A stretch of DNA of 64,000 nucleotides from an uncultured virus (IMG/VR IMGVR_UViG_3300035682_000007) (taxonomy: Duplodnaviria; Heunggongvirae; Uroviricota; Caudoviricetes), in IMG/VR virus record IMGVR_UViG_3300035682_000007, one strand, 5' to 3'. Made by a program: the position numbers and the translations under genes. Of this stretch, positions 1 to 9,322 are shown in pieces (within the stretch, counting starts at the first letter, position 1; each line of letters opens with the position of its first letter). The notes below the pieces were generated by a model that made no database searches, was not told the origin of the DNA, and was given only the letters and a program-made list of their open reading frames with translations.

Positions 1-1409
1 TTACAGGATTGACATATTCCACCAGCTATTAAACCACTAATAACTTTTTTAACCCTATTAATTTCACTTTCTTTGATAGCTTTATCAGTTGTTTTTTGAT
101 TCAAATCTTTGGTTAAAACATAATGTTTATCCTCATCAAAATCTACTTCACCGATATTAGCTATTTTAGCTTCTATACCCTCTTTTTTTTCTTTTAACGC
201 AATACCTTTAGTTTTTAAATCAACAATATCACCTTCTAATTTAGATGGGTTTAATTCAAAGATAGTAACATCAACATTTTCTTTACTGTTAAGTAATCTA
301 TCATTTTCAACACTAAGGTCAGCCATTTCTTTAATAGCATCACCAAGTATTTTTTCTAATGTACCTTTTAATTCAGTATTTAATACAATTTTTTCTTTAT
401 GGTCAGCAATTTCTTCACCCAAAGTTATTACATCATAATTATTTGATTTCTTTTTCTTAGCAAACTCATTATACATACCTCTAACGGCAGCTTCTTTAAG
501 TTCTAGTATCTCTAGACCTATAAGTCTAGTTAGTACCTTACCAGACTCCGTAGTAGTTAACCCTATTAAATCATCTAAGTTTTTCTCAGTAGCTAATACA
601 AGCATTTCGAAATCTTTCTCTGTACCTATTGTTTCTCTAAGTTTTTTAGTTGTTTGTTTAGCATCTTCTTCATTCTGCAATTCTTCAGTATCATCTGGAA
701 GTAGCTTATAATAATTTAACTTGTTAGTAACAGTCCACCCACCACCTTTTTTAGCTGAACGTTTCATTTTACGTTCAATGATAGTTTCCTCACCTTCAAT
801 ATCAATCATTCCACGTACAGTCAATTCGTTTCTATCACTGTATAAATTGAAGACTTCTTCATTTCTATCTGTTTTGGTTGTTGTACCATGTAACAAAAAT
901 TTAATAGCATCAATCGTAAGGGTCGTTTTTCCACCCTGGTTTGCTGGGATTGAGTTTACGATTGTTAACCCTCTCAATTTACTGAATGGGGCATAATTAT
1001 TTTCACCAAATGATAAAAAATTATCTACCATAACCCATTTGATTGACCATGAACGATGTTGTGATTCATTTAAATCAATATTTAATTCACTATTAACCTT
1101 ATCATCCAATGCTAATATACGACTAAAATCTACTACTTTGCCATCTCTATCAATAACTTCCTTCATAAGGGCTCTTTGATAATTGACATCCATAATATTT
1201 TCTATACCTGCACCAGATACTTCAATCATATCACCATTGGCATTCTTTTTTACCGCTTTAAATGTAACACTAATGTTTGTTTTTGGTATACCATACTTAT
1301 TCGCAAAGTGATTGATAACTCTTGTCTGATTAGCTCTACTGTAGTTTTCTGACCTATCCAACCATTCTACTTTTACTTTAGAATACGGTGGTATTGTATT
1401 ATTCGCCAT
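1..1409 (-). CDS. sbcC: SbcC/Rad50/gp46-like recombination ATPase, runs off the window start
   Basis: Manually translated from ATG 1409 (absent from the ORF track). Contains WVMVDNFLSFGENN, Walker A-like ANQGGKTT, coiled coil and zinc-hook GICQSC at the window edge. Has a ~115 aa N-terminal extension. Confidence 0.9.
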   Translation of the reverse strand, partial: MANNTIPPYSKVKVEWLDRSENYSRANQTRVINHFANKYGIPKTNISVTFKAVKKNANGDMIEVSGAGIENIMDVNYQRALMKEVIDRDGKVVDFSRILALDDKVNSELNIDLNESQHRSWSIKWVMVDNFLSFGENNYAPFSKLRGLTIVNSIPANQGGKTTLTIDAIKFLLHGTTTKTDRNEEVFNLYSDRNELTVRGMIDIEGEETIIERKMKRSAKKGGGWTVTNKLNYYKLLPDDTEELQNEEDAKQTTKKLRETIGTEKDFEMLVLATEKNLDDLIGLTTTESGKVLTRLIGLEILELKEAAVRGMYNEFAKKKKSNNYDVITLGEEIADHKEKIVLNTELKGTLEKILGDAIKEMADLSVENDRLLNSKENVDVTIFELNPSKLEGDIVDLKTKGIALKEKKEGIEAKIANIGEVDFDEDKHYVLTKDLNQKTTDKAIKESEINRVKKVISGLIAGGICQSC

Positions 1410-1749
1410 ATAAATCTATTTTGTTGTTTTTTTGGTCTCTTGCTGAGATTTCTTTATTAATTGTTTTTACTTCAGCTTCAATTTTATTTTTAACTTTTTT
1501 AACCGTAGCAGTGTGTTTTTTGATATTTTCTGGAACTTCCAAACTGATTGGGTTGATAACTTCAACTGACACTTCTGGGGTCACCTTATTAGTTTTACCA
1601 GGAATTATTGGTGTCGCACCAAATTTTTCAATAGTAAAACCTTGTCTAATAAGTCTCACTATGAACTCGTCTATGTTGGTTATATTATTGGCTCTGCAAT
1701 AATCCCAAATATCATCTTTAAGTTGTTTCGGTATCTCCATTTTCGTCAA
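1399..1749 (-). CDS. hypothetical protein (116 aa)
   Basis: ORF overlaps both neighbours in the operon; no recognised motif. Confidence 0.7.
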   Translation of the reverse strand: MTKMEIPKQLKDDIWDYCRANNITNIDEFIVRLIRQGFTIEKFGATPIIPGKTNKVTPEVSVEVINPISLEVPENIKKHTATVKKVKNKIEAEVKTINKEISARDQKNNKIDLYGE

Positions 1750-1981
1750 AGTTTAATTGTTCCAAGTCACCTAACAAAATGTTTTTCACATCTTCGTCAG
1801 TTTGATGAAGGAACTGTACGTCATTAGTCTTCTGGTCAACATAAATAGTCATGATTGAATTATTTTTCATGATAAATGTGTTGCCATCTTTATCCAAGCA
1901 AAACTCACCGTTTACTGCTTCGTAATTGTCCATGTCTTCAGGTATTGAGTTCACGAATGTTTTTAATTCTCCTAGTGTCAT
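1718..1981 (-). CDS. hypothetical protein (87 aa)
   Basis: Coupled ORF; MTLGELKTFVNSIPED start resembles small phage proteins. Confidence 0.7.
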   Translation of the reverse strand: MTLGELKTFVNSIPEDMDNYEAVNGEFCLDKDGNTFIMKNNSIMTIYVDQKTNDVQFLHQTDEDVKNILLGDLEQLNFDENGDTETT

Positions 1982-2205
1982 TATAAATTTGTTATTTTTT
2001 CTTTCCCTTCTTCTAAATCTTCAAGGGATGTTATTTTAAATTTGTAAAACGGTGAATAATTTTCAACATCGTGTTCTGTAAATGTTTTGGTTTCAATATC
2101 CCATAGTAAAAAACCATGTTTGGTAACGTTTTCACCAAAGTTTTGTTGAATCAAACTTGATGGCATTACGACTTTAATTATTTTTTTAATTTTTATTTTT
2201 TTCAT
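1981..2205 (-). CDS. sbcD: SbcD/Mre11-like nuclease, C-terminal fragment
   Basis: VVMPSSLIQQNFGE...HGFLLWD is the motif that normally follows GDIH in SbcD (YxGSxxQxxFGE...G). Preceded by a basic tag MKKIKIKKII. Confidence 0.85.
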   Translation of the reverse strand: MKKIKIKKIIKVVMPSSLIQQNFGENVTKHGFLLWDIETKTFTEHDVENYSPFYKFKITSLEDLEEGKEKITNL

Positions 2206-3107
2206 TTATTTTTTAATTTATTAAACCAATTTATTATTTTTTCATATTTTTTAGTATTATACATAAAATTTATTTTATATTCAATACCTATATTTTTAAA
2301 AAAAATTAAAGACGCTTCACATTTTAATTTAAAAATATTTTCATCATCAATATACCCTTTTACTTCTTCAATTATTTGATGATTTTCAAATTTAATTAAA
2401 AAATCTGGTAAATATCTTTTATTTATATTATTATGAATAAAATTTATAACATATCCATGTTTTTTAGTCCAAAAAATAACTGATTTATCATTATCTAATT
2501 CTATCATTCGTTCTTTTTCCCATGAAGAATGATAATATTCTTCATCTTTAGTTTTTTTACTAATATACCACCCTCGTTGACATGAATTATACGCACCATA
2601 ACTTGGGTTACTTAACATTCTACTTATATTAGCTGAAGATATTTTATCTCTAAATAATTTATTTTGAAAATCAAAACTACCATCATCTATTCTATGTCTA
2701 TCCAGAAAATCTAAATGTTTTTTTAACCTTTCTGGATTTTGCCATGATTTTTTAATTTTTTCACTAATTTCAAGTCTCTTATCGTTATCGTGATAGCCCC
2801 ATTTATTTTCTTTACCATAATTCCCATTATTCTCTCCTAATTGATAAAATTTTTGCCACTCAATTTGACATTCTTTAGAACAAAAACGTTTTTCTCTATC
2901 AATAGATTTTGCTGAATTTATTACATGAAAAACATTGGTACACCCACTAAATTCACATATTTTCTCTTTTTTTTCAAATTTTTGACTATTAGAACTACAT
3001 TCTCTAGAGCAAAATATTTGCTCTTTTTTATACGTTTTAAAGTTATTATTACACTCTTTACATTTTTTTTCCATTTTTGCTATAGTTATTTTTGGTGATA
3101 CCCACAT
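2202..3107 (-). CDS. free-standing putative homing endonuclease (Zn fingers plus TnsA-like PD-(D/E)XK domain)
   Basis: Two Cys-rich ...FCSxEC fingers; C-terminal HSSWE...YLPDFLI...EEVKG; lies between the sbcD halves. Confidence 0.85.
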   Translation of the reverse strand: MWVSPKITIAKMEKKCKECNNNFKTYKKEQIFCSRECSSNSQKFEKKEKICEFSGCTNVFHVINSAKSIDREKRFCSKECQIEWQKFYQLGENNGNYGKENKWGYHDNDKRLEISEKIKKSWQNPERLKKHLDFLDRHRIDDGSFDFQNKLFRDKISSANISRMLSNPSYGAYNSCQRGWYISKKTKDEEYYHSSWEKERMIELDNDKSVIFWTKKHGYVINFIHNNINKRYLPDFLIKFENHQIIEEVKGYIDDENIFKLKCEASLIFFKNIGIEYKINFMYNTKKYEKIINWFNKLKNK

Positions 3108-3136
3108 TATTTTATTATAAATATCTCCAAAAATAA
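3086..3136 (-). promoter_or_regulatory. start-codon-enclosing hairpin overlapping the putative late promoter ATATTTAT
   Basis: Arms 3086-3100 and 3122-3136 (14/15 complementary) flank ATG 3107-3105; motif at 3117-3124. Confidence 0.7.
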
Positions 3137-3145
3137 GAAAAGAAG

Positions 3146-3826
3146 TTATTCATCTATCTCCCAACCCATTTTAAGATATTTATCCAAATCATCTTCATTT
3201 ATTTCTTTAACCTCTTTAAAGTTTAAAGTACCTCTTTTGTGAATATCCCCACACATTACAATATCGCAACCATTAAATATTTCTAAATCATATCCGTGGT
3301 CTATCACATAACCAATATCAGTACTTGAACCAATTAATGGACCATGAAATAATCCAATATATGACTTGTCATCACCAAATTGTGCTCTGGCTGCTTCAAT
3401 ATCAGGTCTTGTATTTTCTTCAAATATTGAATAGACGCACCATACAATATTATCATCCAAATAACACTTAGATTCTTTGAAATAATTAATTTCTTTATCT
3501 GGTAAGAATTGAACCATCGGTGTTATTGAATCCATACGGTCTTTATTATTCTCTAAAAGGTCATGATTACCTGCAATAACAACTACAGAACCAAATTCTT
3601 CTAATTTACGTAAAAACCATGTTCCTAACAATAATTGTTCGTTAGAGATAACAATTTTTTGATGAACAAGGTCACCAGCAACCACAATTCTAATTTCTTC
3701 TCTTTTATAATCAGCTAACAAATCAGTTAGGTCTGAAAAAAAGTTGATAAATACAGTTTTGTATTCATCATGAAGCCTCATTGTTCTAATGTGTATATCA
3801 GCTACGTGTACTACTTTTTTTATCAT
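3146..3826 (-). CDS. sbcD: SbcD/Mre11/gp47-like metallophosphoesterase nuclease, N-terminal fragment
   Basis: ADIH, AGD, GNHD, FHG and GDIH motifs; ends in acidic tail EINEDDLDKYLKMGWEIDE. Confidence 0.9.
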   Translation of the reverse strand: MIKKVVHVADIHIRTMRLHDEYKTVFINFFSDLTDLLADYKREEIRIVVAGDLVHQKIVISNEQLLLGTWFLRKLEEFGSVVVIAGNHDLLENNKDRMDSITPMVQFLPDKEINYFKESKCYLDDNIVWCVYSIFEENTRPDIEAARAQFGDDKSYIGLFHGPLIGSSTDIGYVIDHGYDLEIFNGCDIVMCGDIHKRGTLNFKEVKEINEDDLDKYLKMGWEIDE

Positions 3827-5205
3827 TATATTACAAATAATTTATTTTTTGCTCTTGTTACAGCAGTATACAAAAGCTTATTTCGTTCTTTTTTATCTTG
3901 TACACGTTTAATATCACAATTGATTACGATGGCATTGTCAAATGTACTACCTTGTGATTTATGTACTGTCAAAGCGTAATTATACTTTACATCAGCATAT
4001 TTACCCAATAGGTTAAAATACTTAACCCACGCATTTCTTCTTAACATTGGAGAAGCTTTACTAGCTTTCTCTTTTAAGATTTTTAATTCTTTTTGAAATG
4101 CTGATTCTGATTTTTCAGCTAATAACTTTATCGTTTGTGTTTTACCATTACATAAAACCTTAACCGCATAATAAGAAAACTTATAAGCAGTTGTTTCAGT
4201 TTTCATTTCATATGAAAGTACTTCAAACTCATCATTGTTATTTAATAGTATTCTTTTTCTACTATCAGTAATTGGTTTATTACAAACCATTTTTTCACCA
4301 ATATTTAATACACCACATTTTTCACCATAAATCATTCCTCTGATTTTATCATTGTAATAATCTACTGCTCTATTTGTCCAAGCTAACACCTTAACAAAAT
4401 TAGGATTTTTATTAAAATTTTCAGATTTAAAGTATTTTTCCAATAAAGGCATTTCAGTGTTTATCTTTAAAAAGATAACACCATTGTTTTCCTCATCAAC
4501 TATAGTTTCTTCTTTAATATCTTCATTGGTTCTAATCTTTTGTGCTATCTGAATAATTGGATTACCACCAGCTTGTCTGATAATTTTGGTAAGGTTAAAA
4601 CTATTTTCTAATTTTTCAGTAAATAACCTAGATTCACCTCCATTTACTGGTGGTATTTGACCTCTATCACCGATGAATAACAATAAAATATTATTGTATT
4701 CAGCACTACTTAATAATTGCTCGTATAATTCATTATCTAACATTGAAACTTCGTCAACCAATACAATATTAAATTCACCTATTTCACCACCACCGAATTC
4801 TGCTTTATATTCTTCTTTACCTTCAGAAGTTATAACTCTTTTCAATCCAAGTAATGAGTGAAGCGTATTAAATTCAACTCTGGAATGTGTTTCACAAATT
4901 GATGATAAGTTTTTCAATACTCTTACTGCTTTGTTTGTTGGTGCCGTAATAGCTATTTTAACACCTTTGTTTTGATAAAGAATCTCTTCAATTATCTTTG
5001 TAACTAAAAAGGTTTTGCCAGTACCAGAATAACCAGTTAAAAGACTTTGAGAGAAAGTATGCAGTTTGATAGTTGTTATCTTATCAAATATTTCTTTCTG
5101 TTCTTCATTCAACATTGAAACATCTGGTTTAACAATACTATTGGTAACCTTTTCGATTCGTTCTTCTTTAATTAATTTTGGTAACACTAAAAATTGTTCA
5201 TTCAT
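3826..5205 (-). CDS. Dda/RecD-like SF1B DNA helicase
   Basis: GYSGTGKT, APTNKA, DEVSM, GDRGQIPPV, YALTVHKSQGSTF, YTAVTRA. Confidence 0.92.
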   Translation of the reverse strand: MNEQFLVLPKLIKEERIEKVTNSIVKPDVSMLNEEQKEIFDKITTIKLHTFSQSLLTGYSGTGKTFLVTKIIEEILYQNKGVKIAITAPTNKAVRVLKNLSSICETHSRVEFNTLHSLLGLKRVITSEGKEEYKAEFGGGEIGEFNIVLVDEVSMLDNELYEQLLSSAEYNNILLLFIGDRGQIPPVNGGESRLFTEKLENSFNLTKIIRQAGGNPIIQIAQKIRTNEDIKEETIVDEENNGVIFLKINTEMPLLEKYFKSENFNKNPNFVKVLAWTNRAVDYYNDKIRGMIYGEKCGVLNIGEKMVCNKPITDSRKRILLNNNDEFEVLSYEMKTETTAYKFSYYAVKVLCNGKTQTIKLLAEKSESAFQKELKILKEKASKASPMLRRNAWVKYFNLLGKYADVKYNYALTVHKSQGSTFDNAIVINCDIKRVQDKKERNKLLYTAVTRAKNKLFVI

Positions 5206-5215
5206 ATCTATTTAT

Positions 5216-5998
5216 TTATTTATTTTTCATTAAATTATAATGGTGCATTTCTATTAATTTACGTGCTTCGTGCTTGAGGTACATTACGTGAATCTTTTCA
5301 AAAGATTCTTTTATTTTATCCCAATATAAAATGACAATTTGACGACATTTACGTTTTGGGAATTCTAGTTCATACATATAAGCATAAACACTTAACTGTA
5401 AGGTATAAATTGACCATTGACATGATTGTAAGTGGTCAAATGGTTTATATAGGGTTTCATACCCATAAGGATTAAAGAAATTGAATACTCTATTGGTTTT
5501 GTGGTCAAGAACATCGAAATAAACATCATCAATATCTATAATTAAATCCGACATACCAGCCAATTCATATTCTTCAGAAAAAAGAATACGTTCTGGCCAT
5601 ACAGCAATACCCTCATCAATTTCTAATGAGTTATATCCATCAATAACTTTTTGTTCAAATTGACCTTCTTCATTATTTGGTGGGAAATACCATTTATTTG
5701 CCAATAAATAACGTTCAACAATATCATGTACCATAGTACCGTAAACATTAGCTTCATCATTAAGCATTTGCCAATAATCAAGTATTTGTTGTTGATTCAT
5801 ACCAATATATCTTTCTTGTTTATTGGCATCTTGTTGTTGTACAATAGCTGCAGAAACAGCTTCTGAATCAAAGTGTGGTTCTATGGATGATAATGTAGTA
5901 GTAACTGATTTATATATTTTACCAGTTTCTCTATGATGGTATTTATGTTCAATGGGTTCTAAGTATACTGGCCCAACCCATAATTTTGCTTCACTCAT
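5216..5998 (-). CDS. PD-(D/E)XK exonuclease
   Basis: SVTT, GTMVH, E...AGMSD...DHKT, QLSVY motifs. Confidence 0.85.
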   Translation of the reverse strand: MSEAKLWVGPVYLEPIEHKYHHRETGKIYKSVTTTLSSIEPHFDSEAVSAAIVQQQDANKQERYIGMNQQQILDYWQMLNDEANVYGTMVHDIVERYLLANKWYFPPNNEEGQFEQKVIDGYNSLEIDEGIAVWPERILFSEEYELAGMSDLIIDIDDVYFDVLDHKTNRVFNFFNPYGYETLYKPFDHLQSCQWSIYTLQLSVYAYMYELEFPKRKCRQIVILYWDKIKESFEKIHVMYLKHEARKLIEMHHYNLMKNK

Positions 5999-6010
5999 AT
6001 TTTTTTATTG

Positions 6011-6041
6011 CAAACTTACTAAATAATTACCAATATAACAA
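6011..6041 (-). promoter_or_regulatory. Bacteroidota-type sigma70 promoter
   Basis: TAAGTTTG at 6018-6011, TTG 20 nt upstream. Confidence 0.7.
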
Positions 6042-6048
6042 CTTAAAA

Positions 6049-7005
6049 TCAATAAAAATCCATTGGAGACAATTTATATGAACTTTTTAATAGTTTAATA
6101 ATACCCTTATTACCTAATCTTTCAAATATCTTTGATGGGTCAAAATCCTCTGGGGGTACACAAATACGAATTCTACCTAGTAAATCTCCAAAACTTAATT
6201 TTTTATAAAGTATTTTAGCATCTTCATATGCATCACCATCTAGTACTATAACGATAAGACCTTGTGCCTTATCATGAAGTTGTTCTATTAGTTTATCTGA
6301 TATGAATTTACCTAGCAATGGTATTGAATTTGGTGTAACTATATGGTCTGTAACACCTTCCACGATATAAATTGTTGCATCCCAGTTTATCTTATTTTCA
6401 TTAAAGATAATTTCTTGTTTTTCAGCAGTGGGGTTAATGTATTTTAATTTATTGTATTCTTTAGGAAACCATCTAGCAATAAAGTAGTTTAATTTCCCAT
6501 CAATATCATATGATGGAATAATAATTCTATTATAAAAAGGTCCTTTGGTTGTATAACCTATATCAAATTCTTTAATTATCCAATCAGTAATACCTCTACT
6601 TTTTAAATAATTTATAGCAGAATAATAATTATATTCTTTACCAGTACATTCTGATAATTTTTTATAACCTTCTGGTAGTGTGACAATTATTTCCTCACGT
6701 TCTTTATTAACAATAACGTCAGCATCTGGTTTTACTAGTAAATAATCTCTAAGGTTTTTAGGTGTTGCATGTTTTTTAAGTAGTCTTACTACTGGACCAT
6801 GCATATGGTTAGTATCAGGACATGCCCAACACTTAAACATGTTTTTATTATAGTTAATTTCTAAGTTTCCCTTTCCATCACCATTAGGTAAGTTTTTTTC
6901 AGCAGAACACACGGGACAATCAAACGCTGCTTGTCCTGTGTCTTCATTATGTTTCTTAATATCACCAAGAAATGACTCTAATATGTTTACTAATAAACTC
7001 GACAT
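6049..7005 (-). CDS. dnaG: DNA primase (Zn-binding plus TOPRIM)
   Basis: CPVC...CWAC, YLKSRGI, RIIIP, KYINP, VEG, LDGD. Confidence 0.9.
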   Translation of the reverse strand: MSSLLVNILESFLGDIKKHNEDTGQAAFDCPVCSAEKNLPNGDGKGNLEINYNKNMFKCWACPDTNHMHGPVVRLLKKHATPKNLRDYLLVKPDADVIVNKEREEIIVTLPEGYKKLSECTGKEYNYYSAINYLKSRGITDWIIKEFDIGYTTKGPFYNRIIIPSYDIDGKLNYFIARWFPKEYNKLKYINPTAEKQEIIFNENKINWDATIYIVEGVTDHIVTPNSIPLLGKFISDKLIEQLHDKAQGLIVIVLDGDAYEDAKILYKKLSFGDLLGRIRICVPPEDFDPSKIFERLGNKGIIKLLKSSYKLSPMDFY

Positions 7006-7021
7006 TATTTTAATTTTTATG

Positions 7022-7034
7022 CAAATATACTAAA
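7022..7034 (-). promoter_or_regulatory. Bacteroidota-type -7 element for the primase gene
   Basis: TTTAGTATATTTG; -33 element not obvious. Confidence 0.6.
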
Positions 7035-7052
7035 TATTTTTAATTTATTTAG

Positions 7053-7089
7053 TTTTTATCCGATTTTTTGATTTTTATCCGATATTTAT
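7053..7089 (+). promoter_or_regulatory. 12-bp direct repeat (putative operator) overlapping ATATTTAT
   Basis: TTTTTATCCGAT at 7053-7064 and 7072-7083; ATATTTAT at 7082-7089. Confidence 0.6.
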
Positions 7090-7105
7090 TAATAAAACAA
7101 ATATT

Positions 7106-7345
7106 ATGGGAAGACCAAAACTAGAAGAAAAAGAAAAAAAAATAAAATTAGGTATAACTATTTCTAACCATTCATTTACCATGTTAGAAATACTAACAAA
7201 TAATAAATCAGAATTTATTGAAAACTTAATTAATAATTATTTAAAAAACGTAACAATAACAAACAACATTGAAATTAAATATGATAAAAATAATAATTAT
7301 GTTGGTAGTAAAACAACTAAAATAATTGATATCAATGATAATTAA
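7106..7345 (+). CDS. small ribbon-helix-helix-like DNA-binding protein
   Basis: MGRPK..EKKIKLGITIS...NKSEFIENLI pattern typical of CopG/RHH proteins. Confidence 0.65.
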   Translation: MGRPKLEEKEKKIKLGITISNHSFTMLEILTNNKSEFIENLINNYLKNVTITNNIEIKYDKNNNYVGSKTTKIIDINDN

Positions 7346-7976
7346 ATCTGGAATTTATAAAATAATAAATAAAAATAATGGTCGTTATTATATTGGTAGT
7401 TCTATAAATATTAAAAATAGATGGAATGAACATAAACGCACATTAAAACAAAATAAACATGATAATAATTTTCTTCAAAAATCATGGAATAAACATGGTG
7501 AAGAATCATTTTTATTTGAAGTGATTGAATATGTTTTAGATTTAAATAAATTATTAGAACGTGAACAATTTTATTTAGATTTAATAACATACGATAAAAA
7601 AATGAGTTATAATTTATGTAAAACAGCTGGTAATATGCTAGGTTTCAAACATAGCGATGAAACAAAAAATAAAATGTCTAAAAGTCGTATTGGTAATAAA
7701 AATAGTTTGGGTAATAAACATACTGATGAAACAAAAAATAAAATGTCTAATTCACATATTGGTCTTAAACATGAAGAAAAAACAAAAATTTTAATGATTA
7801 ATAAAAGTAAAAAAGATATTTTAAAATCAATAAAATACAAAACTAAAATCTCTAATGAAATAAGAACAGAACTATTAAATAAATATAGTTCTGGTTCTTA
7901 TTCAACTAGGAAATTAAGTGAATTATACGGTATTAGTAAATCAACAATATGGAATATAGTTAGAAAAGATAATTAA
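7335..7976 (+). CDS. GIY-YIG homing endonuclease with NUMOD3 repeats and C-terminal HTH
   Basis: SGIYKI...YYIGSS...RWNEH, ERE; KHSDETKNKMS-type repeat twice; start placed at ATG 7335. Confidence 0.92.
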   Translation: MIIKSGIYKIINKNNGRYYIGSSINIKNRWNEHKRTLKQNKHDNNFLQKSWNKHGEESFLFEVIEYVLDLNKLLEREQFYLDLITYDKKMSYNLCKTAGNMLGFKHSDETKNKMSKSRIGNKNSLGNKHTDETKNKMSNSHIGLKHEEKTKILMINKSKKDILKSIKYKTKISNEIRTELLNKYSSGSYSTRKLSELYGISKSTIWNIVRKDN

Positions 7977-7978
7977 CT

Positions 7979-8635
7979 TTATTTTTCCAAATTTCTTTTA
8001 TTAAAATATGCCAACCCACATACATAGGCATCTGACATATCGAATGTTTCTTTTTTTAATTTGTTTTTCTTATCAAAAAACCATGTAATTTGTGGTTCAA
8101 GTTCAGCAACTTTTTCCCAAAGAACATATTTTTTATCTAAATCAAATGGATAACCACCAAAAAGTACTGGTGTGTTTTTAGCTATTGCTTTTGCATCTAA
8201 TGCTGTCCCGTCCTTTTTAAAGGTTCTTACAGCCATCAATTCTGGAAAAGCATACTTACGAGCATCATAAGAAGAAATGAACGTAGGAACGACTCCTAAT
8301 GTGTCGTACACTGATTTGGATATCATTCCATTGAATCGTAAAAGAGTTGCGATTGTATAAACGTTATTTGATTGTAAAAGAGGTTCTTCAATTACAACAG
8401 TAGTAATATTAAAATTGGTGTAGTTTTTAAGGAATTCTTCTTCAAATATTTCCACCTTACGAAATAATTCTTCCATTTTACTACTTGGAAGTGGTTTAAC
8501 TTTAGGGCTAACGTGGTGAAGTAATTTCAAATCACCTTTAGTCCCATCATCTTCAAATAAAGCGATACCTATTGTAGAGGTGGATACATCCAGACTTAAA
8601 AGAAATTCTGGTTCTTTTTCTATTTTATTTTCCAT
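7979..8635 (-). CDS. RuvC-like Holliday junction resolvase
   Basis: LSLDVSTSTIGIALF, VVIEEP, DMSDAY (RNase H-fold acidic residues). Confidence 0.75.
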   Translation of the reverse strand: MENKIEKEPEFLLSLDVSTSTIGIALFEDDGTKGDLKLLHHVSPKVKPLPSSKMEELFRKVEIFEEEFLKNYTNFNITTVVIEEPLLQSNNVYTIATLLRFNGMISKSVYDTLGVVPTFISSYDARKYAFPELMAVRTFKKDGTALDAKAIAKNTPVLFGGYPFDLDKKYVLWEKVAELEPQITWFFDKKNKLKKETFDMSDAYVCGLAYFNKRNLEK

Positions 8636-8705
8636 ATTATAAAAATTTTTATATAAATCTAAACCAGAATTCTAAAAAATAAATACTATAATGATATTTT
8701 AATAC

Positions 8706-9320
8706 CTAATTTACATAAACCCATTTAAATCCATGTGCTGTTTTACGTTTATCATTTAACACTAAATTAATGTTGCTTTGATTAAACCCTAAACTTTCAA
8801 CAACATCATAAGTTCCTTTCCAATATTTAATAACTTCATTATTAATATTTAATTGTAAAATTGGTTTTTTCGGTTTAACTGGTTTACCTTTTTTATTTTT
8901 TAACATTAGATTTTTAGTTTCTTCAGTATCTTTTTTACCATAAAATGGGTTTTTATCACCAATTCTAAGTTTAGCGTTATCAGATATTTTTTTCTTATGT
9001 TCTTCACTTAGTTTAACACCTAATGTATTACCAGCTATCTTACAAATATTATAGTCTGGCTTTAAATTATCTAAATAATATTGTTCACGCTCTAAAATTA
9101 AACTAGTATCATTAATTAATTCAATTATTTCAAATTTAAAATTATCCGAACCGTATTTATTCCATGATAATTGTAAATGTTTATTATGATGAACATTTCT
9201 ATTTAAATCACTTTTATGTTCATTCCAACGTTTTCTAAAACCACCATTACTGGATGCACTACCAATATAAATTTTATTATTTACTAAATTAAATATTTTA
9301 TATATTCCTTTATTATCCAT
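8706..9320 (-). CDS. GIY-YIG homing endonuclease (NUMOD3/NUMOD1)
   Basis: GIYKI...IYIGS, EREQ, YN, SEEHKKKIS, C-terminal KTAHGFKW. Confidence 0.92.
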   Translation of the reverse strand: MDNKGIYKIFNLVNNKIYIGSASSNGGFRKRWNEHKSDLNRNVHHNKHLQLSWNKYGSDNFKFEIIELINDTSLILEREQYYLDNLKPDYNICKIAGNTLGVKLSEEHKKKISDNAKLRIGDKNPFYGKKDTEETKNLMLKNKKGKPVKPKKPILQLNINNEVIKYWKGTYDVVESLGFNQSNINLVLNDKRKTAHGFKWVYVN

Positions 9321-9322
9321 TA

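Noticed and set aside
2202..3145. Group I intron interrupting sbcD
   Set aside because: Almost no non-coding sequence for a ribozyme core, and the downstream fragment has its own ATG; RT-PCR would be the final test
5216..5998. Cas4 / CRISPR adaptation gene
   Set aside because: Lacks the four-Cys Fe-S pattern and any CRISPR context; ordinary phage exonuclease
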